Program-made: the position numbers and the translations under genes
Assembly: GCF_041956535.1 (NCBI RefSeq)
Contig: NW_027192214.1
Location: forward strand, 97,687-161,686
Reading direction: 5' to 3'
From: Calcarisporiella thermophila CBS 279.70
Lineage: Eukaryota > Fungi > Calcarisporiellomycota
Length of the DNA: 64,000 nt
Notes under the pieces: model-generated
Told to the model about the DNA's origin: nothing
Database searches by the model: none
The model's input: only the letters and a program-made list of their open reading frames with translations
Part shown: positions 1-10,080 of the stretch, in pieces
Numbering within the stretch: position 1 is the first letter of the stretch
Layout of the letters: the number at the start of each line of letters is the position of its first letter

Positions 1-644
1 GAAAAAAAAGTTGTTTTCTTTATTCTTCTGTACTTTGTTTTTATATAGCAAAAAAATGGTTTCGATAAAAGATATTTGAATGGATATATGCTAGTTGCAA
101 AAAGAGGGTCGTCGCATAAAAATAACGAAAAGGCAGCTGATGTATGATAAAGATAAGCAGATGCATAATGAAAATAGCAATTGGTACTTGACGATCGATT
201 AGATAGCTTCAATATCGTTGTTGATCCATCATTGGTTATATCCACCACGGCACATAACAGTATTGTTACGAGAAAATCGGTTTTTGGTATGAGCAAGTCA
301 CTTTGACAGTAACAAGGTATTCGAGAGCGTAGTACGAGTGTAGCGTAGGGTGCAAGTGTAATATTCACGGGTATCATGACGAATAAAGCGTAATATCATG
401 ACACGTACAACAATGGTTTCGACATTCTTAATATCTTTTCGATTTCGTTATTTTTCTTATTTTTACGTATAATGGAATTTCAAGTGTAATGAATTTTCCC
501 ATATATGTAATTGATGGCTTATTCATGGCTTAGACCGAGGCTTATATGGGGCTTGGCTAGATAAAATAAAATACAAAAAACATGGATTTCTGACATATCC
601 GACAGCTCGTCAGAAAAAAATAAAATACCAATTTACAACCGTAC

Positions 645-1068
645 CTCAAACGCAAAGGAGGATTTTGGTACAACTTGTATCAAGCATGGCGCACTCTCGA
701 AGGCGGCCCGGTCGCGTCACCCAACTGGTCAACTCCAGGTGTACTATCTTTACCCCTGTACAAATGCCCTTTAATTACAGAAAAAGGTCATAATTTAAGG
801 AGCCGAAACCGCCAACACCACCGTATCTACTAAACGATATCCTAACCTTCCTCATCAATGGAGGAAGGATAGAATGCAGATCACTCCGACGACAAGCCTT
901 TTTGAGCGGAACATGCCGATACAATCGGAAATGGAGCGTAGATACTCTGCGCAACCCACGGAAAGGCTAAAAAGAGCGTGCGAACACCGCTATAACAACT
1001 TTTCCTTACAATGGGAACACGGGTACCTTATCCTGCCCCCCAACCTAGTAGAGAAAATCACGAAATGT
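645..1068 (+). mobile_element. LINE ORF2 fragment, inverted copy of 1432-1815
   Basis: Reverse complement of 1432-1815 at roughly 90-95% identity by eye (ctcaaacgcaaagg...atcacgaaatgt); carries an extra 40 bp (899-938) absent from the other arm. Confidence 0.9.
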
Positions 1069-2825
1069 GACGAAATATTCGAAGATGGTATGACGGATGG
1101 TGTCCCTCGGAGCGTTACAGCGGATACATTTCGGGTCATGACCGGGGAATGTCGAGTTTGTAATTACACGCTCTACGAAGGTTCACCAGCGTAGTATGCG
1201 GTGTTTTGGGAGGGTTGGCCGTTTTTGGATGGAGGTCCAGATCTTTTCCCATTCCTTTGCCGTGGATGCAACCTCTGGCCAGGATTGGGGTGTCAGCGTT
1301 TCTGGTTCCGGAGAGCCATTTCGCTGGAAGTGCCTTCCCCGTCGAGTGAAGTATTCCAGGACGGGCGCGCCAGCCAGGTGACAGAGATGGAGTGGGAAGC
1401 GAGGAGGCGGATGTTGTCGAGGTATGGCAGAACATTTCGTGATTTTCTCTACTAGGTTGGGGGGCAGAATAAGGTATCTATGTTCCCATTGTAAGGAAAA
1501 ATTGTTATAGCGGTGTTCGCACGCTCTTTTTAGCCTTTCCGTGGGTTGCGCAGAGTATCTAGGCTTGTCGCCGGAGTGATATGCATCCTATCCTTCCTCC
1601 ATTGATGAGGAAGGTTAGGATATCGTTTAGTAGATACGGTGGTGTTGGCGGTTTCGGCTCTCAAATTGTCGACCTTGTTCTGTAATTAAAGGGCATTTGT
1701 ACAGGGGTAAAGACAGTACATCTGGAGTTGACCAGTTGGGTGACGCGACCGGGCCGCCTTCGAGAGTGCGCCACGCTTGATACAAGTTGTACCAGAATCT
1801 ACCTTTGCGTTTGAGTTTGGCACATGTGAAGGTGGTTGTGAAGATGGACATCTTGTATCCGAATGGAGCGTACATGCTCAAGAGATTATGCTTCAGAATG
1901 CTTGCCCACAGAGGTGTTTTTGGGTCTTGGTTGGGCTTTCTTAGTGACTCTGCGAACTTTGGTATCCATGAGGCAAGTAGGGCTGTTGTTTGGTGTCGAG
2001 GGAGAATGAGCCCTAGACCTCCTTCCTCTCGAGTTTTGGCGAGGAGATTAAGGCTGATCTGGGGTCCGCGTCCATCCCATAGGAATTCTCGTACGATTTT
2101 GTCTAGCTCTTTGAAGAAATATTCGAGCGGGCGGATTACTGTGGCGACGTACCACATCTTGGATAGGAGTCAGGAGTTAATCAGATGAACTTTCCCTAGG
2201 AGGCTGAGTTTCCGGATTCTCCACGATTGGATCGTCTGCCTCAGTTTCGATAGCTGGCTTGTGTAGTATGCCTCACTTGGGTGTTCTGGCATATGTGTGG
2301 GGTTAGCTGCTGAGGGGAGGTAGATCGGGATGCCGAGGTATGTGATTGCTCCTCCTGCGGGTATGTATTCGCATCCAGGGTCGATGGAAGTTCGAGCAGC
2401 GGGTGTGAGTTCGATGTTAATTTTCGCATCTGCCGCTCGTGAGTAGGTGTCAATGAGCTGGTAGAGATTGGTGATATCTTGTTGGTCAGCCACTCCGACA
2501 GTCAGGTCGTCTGCGTACGCGAGTGTCGTGATTGACCGTGGGAGTCCTGGGACAGCAATGCCCCGTATCTTGCTCCTGATTGCCGCAAATAGAGGTTCAA
2601 CTGCGATGTTGTAATGGTATGGGGATAGGGGGTCGCCCTGTCTTACCCCTCTTGTGATTGGGAATGGGGCTGTAAGAGATCCACTTATGGAAACCAAGGC
2701 TTGGTGTCCATTGTGTAGGTGCTGGATGAAGGATCGGAACCGTGAACCGAAATTGAATTTTTCCAGGCATCGTTCCATCCAGTGCCAGCTTACTCGATCA
2801 TAGGCTTTCGCTTGGTCAAAAACAG
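1069..2825 (-). mobile_element. Decayed, 5'-truncated L1/Tx1-like non-LTR retrotransposon ORF2 (RT plus zf-RVT)
   Basis: RT motifs DQAKAYDRVSW, RGVRQGDPLSP, LAYADD and YLGI; post-RT FLW...GGLGL; C-terminal WEKIW...CIRCNAPRDTIRHTIF zinc-finger remnant near 1075-1260. Several stops and frameshifts. Confidence 0.92.
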
Positions 2826-3189
2826 GAAGGTCCCTTTGCAATTTTCTTTAGCTGCATATTCTATTGTTTGGTGTATTGTCCTTCCGTAAACACTTCAGAA
2901 GGCTAATAAACGACACAAAGTGGATTGTAAAGTAATCCTGTTCTATCCCAAAACAAAATAGCACACTTTTATTGTCAACAAAGGTGTTTCCCTTTTATAA
3001 TAAAGATAACGTACCACAAACATAAATGGTAAACAAGATAATAAAAATATAATGAGGTAATCAAGGAAAAATATGTTAACCGTAACCGTAAGCTAAATAA
3101 ATATACTAATAAAACCATCCCAAGAAATATATCCATCCCAAATCTAAAAGAAATATAAAAGAAAAATAAGCCACCAAATTTTTTTTTTG

Positions 3190-4040
3190 NNNNNNNNNNN
3201 NNNNNNNNNNNNNNNNNNNNNNNNNNNNNNNNNNNNNNNNNNNNNNNNNNNNNNNNNNNNNNNNNNNNNNNNNNNNNNNNNNNNNNNNNNNNNNNNNNNN
3301 NNNNNNNNNNNNNNNNNNNNNNNNNNNNNNNNNNNNNNNNNNNNNNNNNNNNNNNNNNNNNNNNNNNNNNNNNNNNNNNNNNNNNNNNNNNNNNNNNNNN
3401 NNNNNNNNNNNNNNNNNNNNNNNNNNNNNNNNNNNNNNNNNNNNNNNNNNNNNNNNNNNNNNNNNNNNNNNNNNNNNNNNNNNNNNNNNNNNNNNNNNNN
3501 NNNNNNNNNNNNNNNNNNNNNNNNNNNNNNNNNNNNNNNNNNNNNNNNNNNNNNNNNNNNNNNNNNNNNNNNNNNNNNNNNNNNNNNNNNNNNNNNNNNN
3601 NNNNNNNNNNNNNNNNNNNNNNNNNNNNNNNNNNNNNNNNNNNNNNNNNNNNNNNNNNNNNNNNNNNNNNNNNNNNNNNNNNNNNNNNNNNNNNNNNNNN
3701 NNNNNNNNNNNNNNNNNNNNNNNNNNNNNNNNNNNNNNNNNNNNNNNNNNNNNNNNNNNNNNNNNNNNNNNNNNNNNNNNNNNNNNNNNNNNNNNNNNNN
3801 NNNNNNNNNNNNNNNNNNNNNNNNNNNNNNNNNNNNNNNNNNNNNNNNNNNNNNNNNNNNNNNNNNNNNNNNNNNNNNNNNNNNNNNNNNNNNNNNNNNN
3901 NNNNNNNNNNNNNNNNNNNNNNNNNNNNNNNNNNNNNNNNNNNNNNNNNNNNNNNNNNNNNNNNNNNNNNNNNNNNNNNNNNNNNNNNNNNNNNNNNNNN
4001 NNNNNNNNNNNNNNNNNNNNNNNNNNNNNNNNNNNNNNNN
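3190..4040. other. Assembly gap (N run), probably containing the 5' LTR
   Basis: N run followed directly by AACA (LTR end) and the PBS. Confidence 0.85.
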
Positions 4041-4045
4041 AACAG

Positions 4046-4059
4046 TGGTGGTTCCACTG
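4046..4059 (+). promoter_or_regulatory. Primer-binding site, tRNA-Val-like
   Basis: TGGTGGTTCCACTG 1 nt after the LTR end AACA; complementary to a tRNA 3' end CAGUGGAACCACCA, as recalled for eukaryotic tRNA-Val(TAC). Confidence 0.75.
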
Positions 4060-4105
4060 AATCTAGGCAATTCGTAAGCCCTTATATTAAACGAACTGAA
4101 TATCT

Positions 4106-4906
4106 ATGGCGGCGAGCAATGGATTTGATGCACTTGGAGCGTCATGCGGGAATATTGTTCGGCCTGAGGTTTTCAGGGGAGATAGAGGGGAGGATCCGGT
4201 GGAATGGATCGAGAAAATGGAAACTGTCATTGTGCTAAATGGCTGGTCCGACGAGGTCGCACTTCGCACTGTGAAATGCTGCTGCATAGATATCGCCGGA
4301 GACTGGTTCCGTGAGAATGATTCGGATCTCACTTCGTTTTCTAGCTTCAAGAGAGGCTTCTTGAGTAGATTCAGAACTGAGACTCTAGTGGAATCTTGGC
4401 GTATGGAACTTGAAGGGCGACGACAGCGGCGTGGGGAATCTATTGATCGGCTTGTGCACGATATGAACAAGCTGATGCGAAAAATTGACTTGCGGGATGA
4501 AAAGGAGAAGCTGAGATTCTTTTTGCGTGCTCTGAGGGAACCATACAGGTACGCTGTTAAAAGGATGAACCCTAAATCTTTCTCGGAAGCGGTCCACTAT
4601 GCCCGCTCTGAGGAAGAATTGAGGGGGTCGTCCGATGGTGAAATCTTAGACCAAACTATTGGAGCGTTAAATGGATCGAACCCTTCTGCGAAAGATACGG
4701 ATGAAAATAATATGAAAAAGATGATGGACATGATGGAAAAGCTCTCCATTAATCTCATCCGTTCGCTCGACCGACCAAAACCGAAGCTTTGCTACGAGTG
4801 TCAAAAAGAAGGACATATTCGGCGTAACTGCCCGACGCTTACCAAAGGCAGAGATACGGAGAAATCAAAGGGTACTGATGAGGGAAAAGAGAAGGAGCGC
4901 CCTTAG
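4106..4906 (+). CDS. gag: Retrotransposon Gag
   Basis: FRG..GEDP.EW capsid motif, RRQRRGESI motif, CCHC knuckle CYECQKEGHIRRNC. Confidence 0.93.
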   Translation: MAASNGFDALGASCGNIVRPEVFRGDRGEDPVEWIEKMETVIVLNGWSDEVALRTVKCCCIDIAGDWFRENDSDLTSFSSFKRGFLSRFRTETLVESWRMELEGRRQRRGESIDRLVHDMNKLMRKIDLRDEKEKLRFFLRALREPYRYAVKRMNPKSFSEAVHYARSEEELRGSSDGEILDQTIGALNGSNPSAKDTDENNMKKMMDMMEKLSINLIRSLDRPKPKLCYECQKEGHIRRNCPTLTKGRDTEKSKGTDEGKEKERP

Positions 4907-4921
4907 AAGGTGGGAGCGCTC
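4882..4921 (+). promoter_or_regulatory. -1 programmed ribosomal frameshift signal (gag to pol)
   Basis: G_GGA_AAA heptamer in the gag frame (4882-4888), 6-nt spacer, then stem GAGCGC(4895-4900)/GCGCTC(4916-4921). The pol (-1) frame opens at 4882 right after TGA-TGA. Confidence 0.8.
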
Positions 4922-7900
4922 AAGAAGAACCAAATCCTTCGCCTGTAGCCTTGAATACTCTCAATGTGATAGGCGATTCCGTGGAGGATGCTGATGAGAA
5001 AGTCGGTAAGAGGAGGAGGGCTGTTAAGGAAGAAGTGTCGAAGACGGATGTCAGAATAGTAGATGATAGTGGTCCAAAGAAAGAGAGCGCTTGGAAAAAG
5101 TTGACTACGAAAGCTGTAGCCGAGGGCAAAATCGAGTCGTTCTCTGTTCTGGATCAACTGAACGACACGCCAGCTAATATGTCCTTAGCTCAAGTATTAG
5201 CCACCTCGCCATTGTTGAGGCAAGAACTTTTGGATGCTCTGAAACTAGTCCCTTCGATAAATATGGTTGGCTACAGAACCGGTAGAAATGTGCCGCCAAA
5301 GCATATAGTTCAGGTCTTGGGGCATGATATTCCTGCTTCACTGGATACGGGCGCGTTCGTCAGCACTATCTCGTTTGACTTGGCGGAATCCCTTGGGTTG
5401 GAGATTGACTATACGAAGTTTCTTGTTTTGACGATGGCTAACAAATCCAAGATTCGCTCTGAGGGATTGATCTCGCAATTACCTGTTGTAGTGATGGGGA
5501 ATAAGGCACCAATTGACGTTTTTGTGGTGAAGGATTTAGCTGAAGGACTCATTCTTGGAATCGACTGGTTAAATAAGAATAATTCTTACGTGGACACTCC
5601 GAAAGGGAAGCTAGTAATGAGGACGAAACACGGAAAATTCAAGTACGATCTCTTGAAGTCGGAGGATGAAGATGCGAATAGTCTTTTCTACGTTTCTGCG
5701 GTAGAGAGAGGTTCGGACGGTATAGCACTTCCTTCTCACCATGATTTTGATGAGTCGGGATTGAATGGTGATGAGATGACGGAGAATGATATACCAGAAG
5801 ATCCTGGTGAACACCCCGATTTATCAATTACGCAAACACGCGAACTGAAAGAACTGATTGAGAAATATGATCATATATTCGCTCGTAATTTGAAGGACTG
5901 GCAACAGACAAATCTAGTGGAGCATGGTATCGACACGGGAGACCATAGGCCTATTAAGCAAGCCCCTTATCGTACGAGTCGGTACGAGCACACATTTTTA
6001 AAGAAAGAGTTGGATAGACTTCTCGAAGCAGGCATTATAGTTCCATCGAAATCAGCATGGGCATCTCCTGTAGTGCTGGTTCCCAAGAAAAACGGTGAAC
6101 TGAGAACTTGTGTCGATTATAGACGATTGAACGCTATTACACGTAAAGATTCTTATCCTTTACCACGGATTGAAGATCTTCTTGACGCAGTTGGCGGAGC
6201 GAAGTACTTTTCGACATTAGACGCGGCTAGCGGATTCTGGCAAGTGAGGGTTGCGGAGTGCGACAGAGAAAAAACAGCATTTACAACGAGACACGGTCTT
6301 TTCGATTTTGTGGTTATGCCTTTTGGCCTTACCAACGCACCCGCCACATTTCAACGTCTAATGGAGAGAGTCCTCGGAGATGCTCTCTGGAAGTTTGCCG
6401 TTGTCTTTGTCGACGATGTGGGTATCTTTTCAACAACTTTTCCTGATCATCTACTTCATTTAGAAACAGTGTTCAAACGGCTTGTCGAACATAATATTAA
6501 GTTAAACGGAGAAAAATGTACGTTTGCAAGGAAGAGCTTAACTTATCTTGGCCATGTTCTCACGGGGGAAGGCGTGGCGGTTATGGAGGCCAAAACGAGA
6601 AAGCTGCGCGATATGCCGAATCCAGCTAATATTGGAGAGCTTCGAGCATTTTTAGGTCTGGCGTCATATTACAGAAGATTCATAAGGAATTTTTCTGAAC
6701 GCGCATGGCCACTTAATGATTTGCTTAAGAGAGATGTTAAGTGGAATTGGACGGAGCAACACAGTGAGGCGGTAACGGATTTGAAGAATGCACTAACGAA
6801 TACACCGATATTGGCGTACCGCGATGAAAGTAAAGTGTTAATACTGACGACCGATGCATCCGGGAAAGGATTGGGTGCTATTTTGTCTCAGGCGGATAGC
6901 AACGATGTTAACGATGGTGGAAAAAGAATACAGAACGAGGAAGTAATCGCCTACGCGAGCAGAGGATTGAGGGGAGCGGAGAAGAATTACTCTATAACTC
7001 ATCTCGAAGGTTTAGCGGTGGTTTGGGCAATTCAACATTTTCGTCATTACCTAGTTGGTGTTCAATTTATATTAGTTACTGATCACTCTGCCCTTCTCAA
7101 CATCTTTAATTCGGAAAATCCCGTGGGGCGGATTGCTAGATGGTCTATGTATCTACGTGAATATGATTATGTCGTTCGTCATCGTAAGGGTTCTCTGAAT
7201 CCTGCTGATGCTCTTTCCAGACTCCCTGTCAACATAATTGGCGAGGACGAGGACGGATCTGGAGAGGGTGGTGGTGTGGATGGTGTGGATGGTGTGGATG
7301 GTGTGAATGGTGAAGGGGCGGTGGATATCGACGATGGTCAGAGAAGGAGAATAAGACAAGCTATGGATCTTGCGAAATGGATTACGATTTATCAATACCT
7401 GACTGAACTTCGTTATCCGAATGATTGCGACGAAAGAATGCGACGAAAAATACGGAGATGGTCGGCAAAATTCCGTGCGGAAAATGGGAAACTGTTTTTA
7501 CGCAGGCCCCGAGGGGAGTACCCTATTGAAGTACTTCACACTGGCAACGCGGAAGCGATGGTTCAGAGGGTCCACGAAGAGAGTCACCTTGGTATCAACA
7601 ACACTTGGCGCAAGTTGAAAGAACGATTCACCGGTCCACAGTTGTTCGAAGTGGTCAAAAAGGTTGTTCAATCGTGCGTTCGCTGCCAAGAGCGGAAAAA
7701 CAGAGAGAGATCCGAAGAACTGCGACCGATCGAAAGCGGAAGGGTGTTCGAAATAGTGGGCATCGATGCAATCGGTCCTCTTCCGACTACTCGACGTGGA
7801 AACCGTTATATATTGGTGGCAATCGATTATCTTAGCAGGTACCCAATGGCAGAACGGAGGATACTATTGATTTCCTATTCCAGGAGGTAATTTCCCATTT

Positions 7901-8672
7901 TGGATGCCCGCGACAGCTGATTTCGGATAGAGGAGCGAATTTTGTGAGCGAGCTTACTACAGCATATTTACGACGTCTCGGAATCCGCGCCTCTCCAACG
8001 ACATCTTACAGGCCTCAGAGTAATGGGATGGTTGAGAGAGCTAATCAAACCCTGGTGCAAACCTTGGCGAAGATCGGTGAGAAGCATATCGATTGGGATG
8101 ATAAGCTAGAGGCAGCCTTGTTAGCCTTTCGAACCATGCCCAATGCTGCTACTGGCAAGACACCGATGGAATTACTTATTGGTCAGCTTGCACTTACCCC
8201 GAGCGTATGGACACCAAGAAGTGGTCAGTTTGTCGAAGGCGCTTTTGAAGACGAGCTCGAATGGAGGACCAAGAAAATCGAGGAAACTTTACCGGAAGTG
8301 AGAGCTGAGGTAGAAGATAGAGATCGACGGGAGAAGCGTAAGATGAAGGAGAGATATGACAGTGGAGTGACAAAAAGGTGCTATTCTGTCGGAGATGAAG
8401 TGCTGGTTTATCAACATGATCGTTTCAAATTTGATCCTCGTTGGGTGGGGCCCTATACGGTCTCCAAAGTCCTGGGGAAAGGAGCATACGTTATTCGTGA
8501 CGCATCGGGTGTAGATTTATCAACACCAGTCAATGGAGATAACTTGCGGCCTTATTCGCATTCTCAATCACTCATACCGGAGGTAGTCGCAAGCTCTTCC
8601 ACAACTGCTGAAAACGGAACGTGGGTTTATAACGACAATAATATCTACCTCTTGTGGGGAAAGGAGTACTGA
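4882..8672 (+). pseudogene. pol: Pol polyprotein (protease, RT, RNase H, integrase) with a frameshift in the integrase core
   Basis: LDTGA protease, MPFGL/FVDD RT, TTDAS RNase H, HHCC (HEESH...CVRC), GIDAIGP. Frame changes near 7855 into TEDTIDFLFQEVISHFGCPRQLISDRGANF; C-terminal GPY motif. Confidence 0.9.
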
Positions 8673-8736
8673 TCTGGTGAACCTGGGAGTTGTGTATTTT
8701 CGGATGTGACTGTGGCCACGGGGACGTTGGCCTTTT

Positions 8737-8747
8737 AAGAGGGGGGA
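8737..8747 (+). promoter_or_regulatory. Polypurine tract
   Basis: AAGAGGGGGGA 2 nt before TGTT, the 3' LTR start. Confidence 0.85.
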
Positions 8748-8749
8748 TC

Positions 8750-9413
8750 TGTTACGTAGAATATNNNNNNNNNNNNNNNNNNNNNNNNNNNNNNNNNNNN
8801 NNNNNNNNNNNNNNNNNNNNNNNNNNNNNNNNNNNNNNNNNNNNNNNNNNNNNNNNNNNNNNNNNNNNNNNNNNNNNNNNNNNNNNNNNNNNNNNNNNNN
8901 NNNNNNNNNNNNNNNNNNNNNNNNNNNNNNNNNNNNNNNNNNNNNNNNNNNNNNNNNNNNNNNNNNNNNNNNNNNNNNNNNNNNNNNNNNNNNNNNNNNN
9001 NNNNNNNNNNNNNNNNNNNNNNNNNNNNNNNNNNNNNNNNNNNNNNNNNNNNNNNNNNNNNNNNNNNNNNNNNNNNNNNNNNNNNNNNNNNNNNNNNNNN
9101 NNNNNNNNNNNNNNNNNNNNNNNNNNNNNNNNNNNNNNNNNNNNNNNNNNNNNNNNNNNNNNNNNNNNNNNNNNNNNNNNNNNNNNNNNNNNNNNNNNNN
9201 NNNNNNNNNNNNNNNNNNNNNNNNNNNNNNNNNNNNNNNNNNNNNNNNNNNNNNNNNNNNNNNNNNNNNNNNNNNNNNNNNNNNNNNNNNNNNNNNNNNN
9301 NNNNNNNNNNNNNNNNNNNNNNNNNNNNNNNNNNNNNNNNNNNNNNNNNNNNNNNNNNNNNNNNNNNNNNNNNNNNNNNNNNNNNNNNNNNNNNNNNNNN
9401 NNNNNNNNNAACA
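8750..9413 (+). repeat. 3' LTR (interior is N gap 8765-9409)
   Basis: Starts TGTTACG after the PPT and ends AACA, matching the 5' LTR end. Confidence 0.8.
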
Positions 9414-9487
9414 TTGAAATATTATGGGGTGTAGATATTTAGTATAGAGACAAAATTGCGCCACCACGAGCCTAAACATAAGAATGA

Positions 9488-9724
9488 CCGCAATCCCCAC
9501 CAGCACTCGCTTCTTGAGATTGCTGTCCACTTGCCCTTTGGCTCTAACACGACAAACACGACTTTCACGATAAACACAACAATAACGACTATTACTGACG
9601 CAATGAGCGATGCTCGTCAACATGACGTGGATAACTTACTTCGCGTCAAGCTCTTTCACGTCTGCTTCTTGTAATATTGGGAACTATTAACCTAATAAAA
9701 GTTTCCATTGATTGATCAAAAAAA
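9488..9724 (+). mobile_element. 5'-truncated tRNA-derived SINE-like element (copy 1)
   Basis: Starts in the tRNA 3' end (tccccacca-gcact); body alignable with copy 2; ends aataaaagtttccattgattgatc-A7; flanked by TAAACATAAGAATGA at 9473-9487 and 9725-9739. Confidence 0.75.
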
Positions 9725-9743
9725 TAAACATAAGAATGAATAC

Positions 9744-10080
9744 GGGGGAGGGTTAGTGTAGTGGACTATCCCTGGGATGCCGATGAGAACGGCGTGGGTT
9801 CGAATCCCACTTCCCCCACCAGCACTTACTCTTAGTTTGTGACTGCTATCCACTTGATCAGAAGCTGAGTCTTGATTATTGATAAGATCGCCCTTACGAT
9901 AAGTACAACGATTACATTGGTTTCACGTACATGCTATTCACGTCAACTACGATACACGCATATCGATTGAACGTCTATCGATCCAGGACCTATATCTCGT
10001 TATGTTAAGTCCATTGACATTAACTTCATGTAATATATGGAAATTAAATAAAAGTTTCCATTAATTGATCAAAAAAAAAA
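9744..10080 (+). mobile_element. Full-length tRNA-derived SINE-like element (copy 2)
   Basis: Head 9744-9821 has A box TAGTGTAGTGG, B box GGTTCGAATCC, T-arm GTGGG/CCCAC, acceptor GGGGGAG/TTCCCCC and encoded ACCA. Tail is AATAAA...A10. TSD TAAACATAAGAATGAATAC at 9725-9743 and 10081-10099. Confidence 0.82.

Larger units (their letters stand above)
3188..9413 (+). mobile_element. Ty3/Gypsy LTR retrotransposon (no chromodomain)
   Basis: Order gag-PR-RT-RNaseH-IN, PBS, PPT, LTR termini TGTT(8750)...AACA(9410-9413; also 4041-4044). The left boundary is uncertain because it lies at the gap. Confidence 0.95.

Noticed and set aside
100-502. Possible decayed ORF on the minus strand
   Set aside because: Multiple stops and no recognisable motif.
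2975-4077. ORF-track entries made of X residues (also 8568-9623)
   Set aside because: Artefacts of translating through N gaps.
3183-9418. Target-site duplication of the Gypsy element
   Set aside because: The flanks TTTTT and TTGAA do not match, and the left boundary is at a gap, so this is undeterminable.
9426-9502. Apparent tRNA-Ala-like gene (GGGGTGTAG...CCCCACCA) 12 bp from the LTR, suggesting Ty3-style tRNA targeting
   Set aside because: No B box or T-arm; the 3' part is better explained as TSD plus truncated SINE copy 1.
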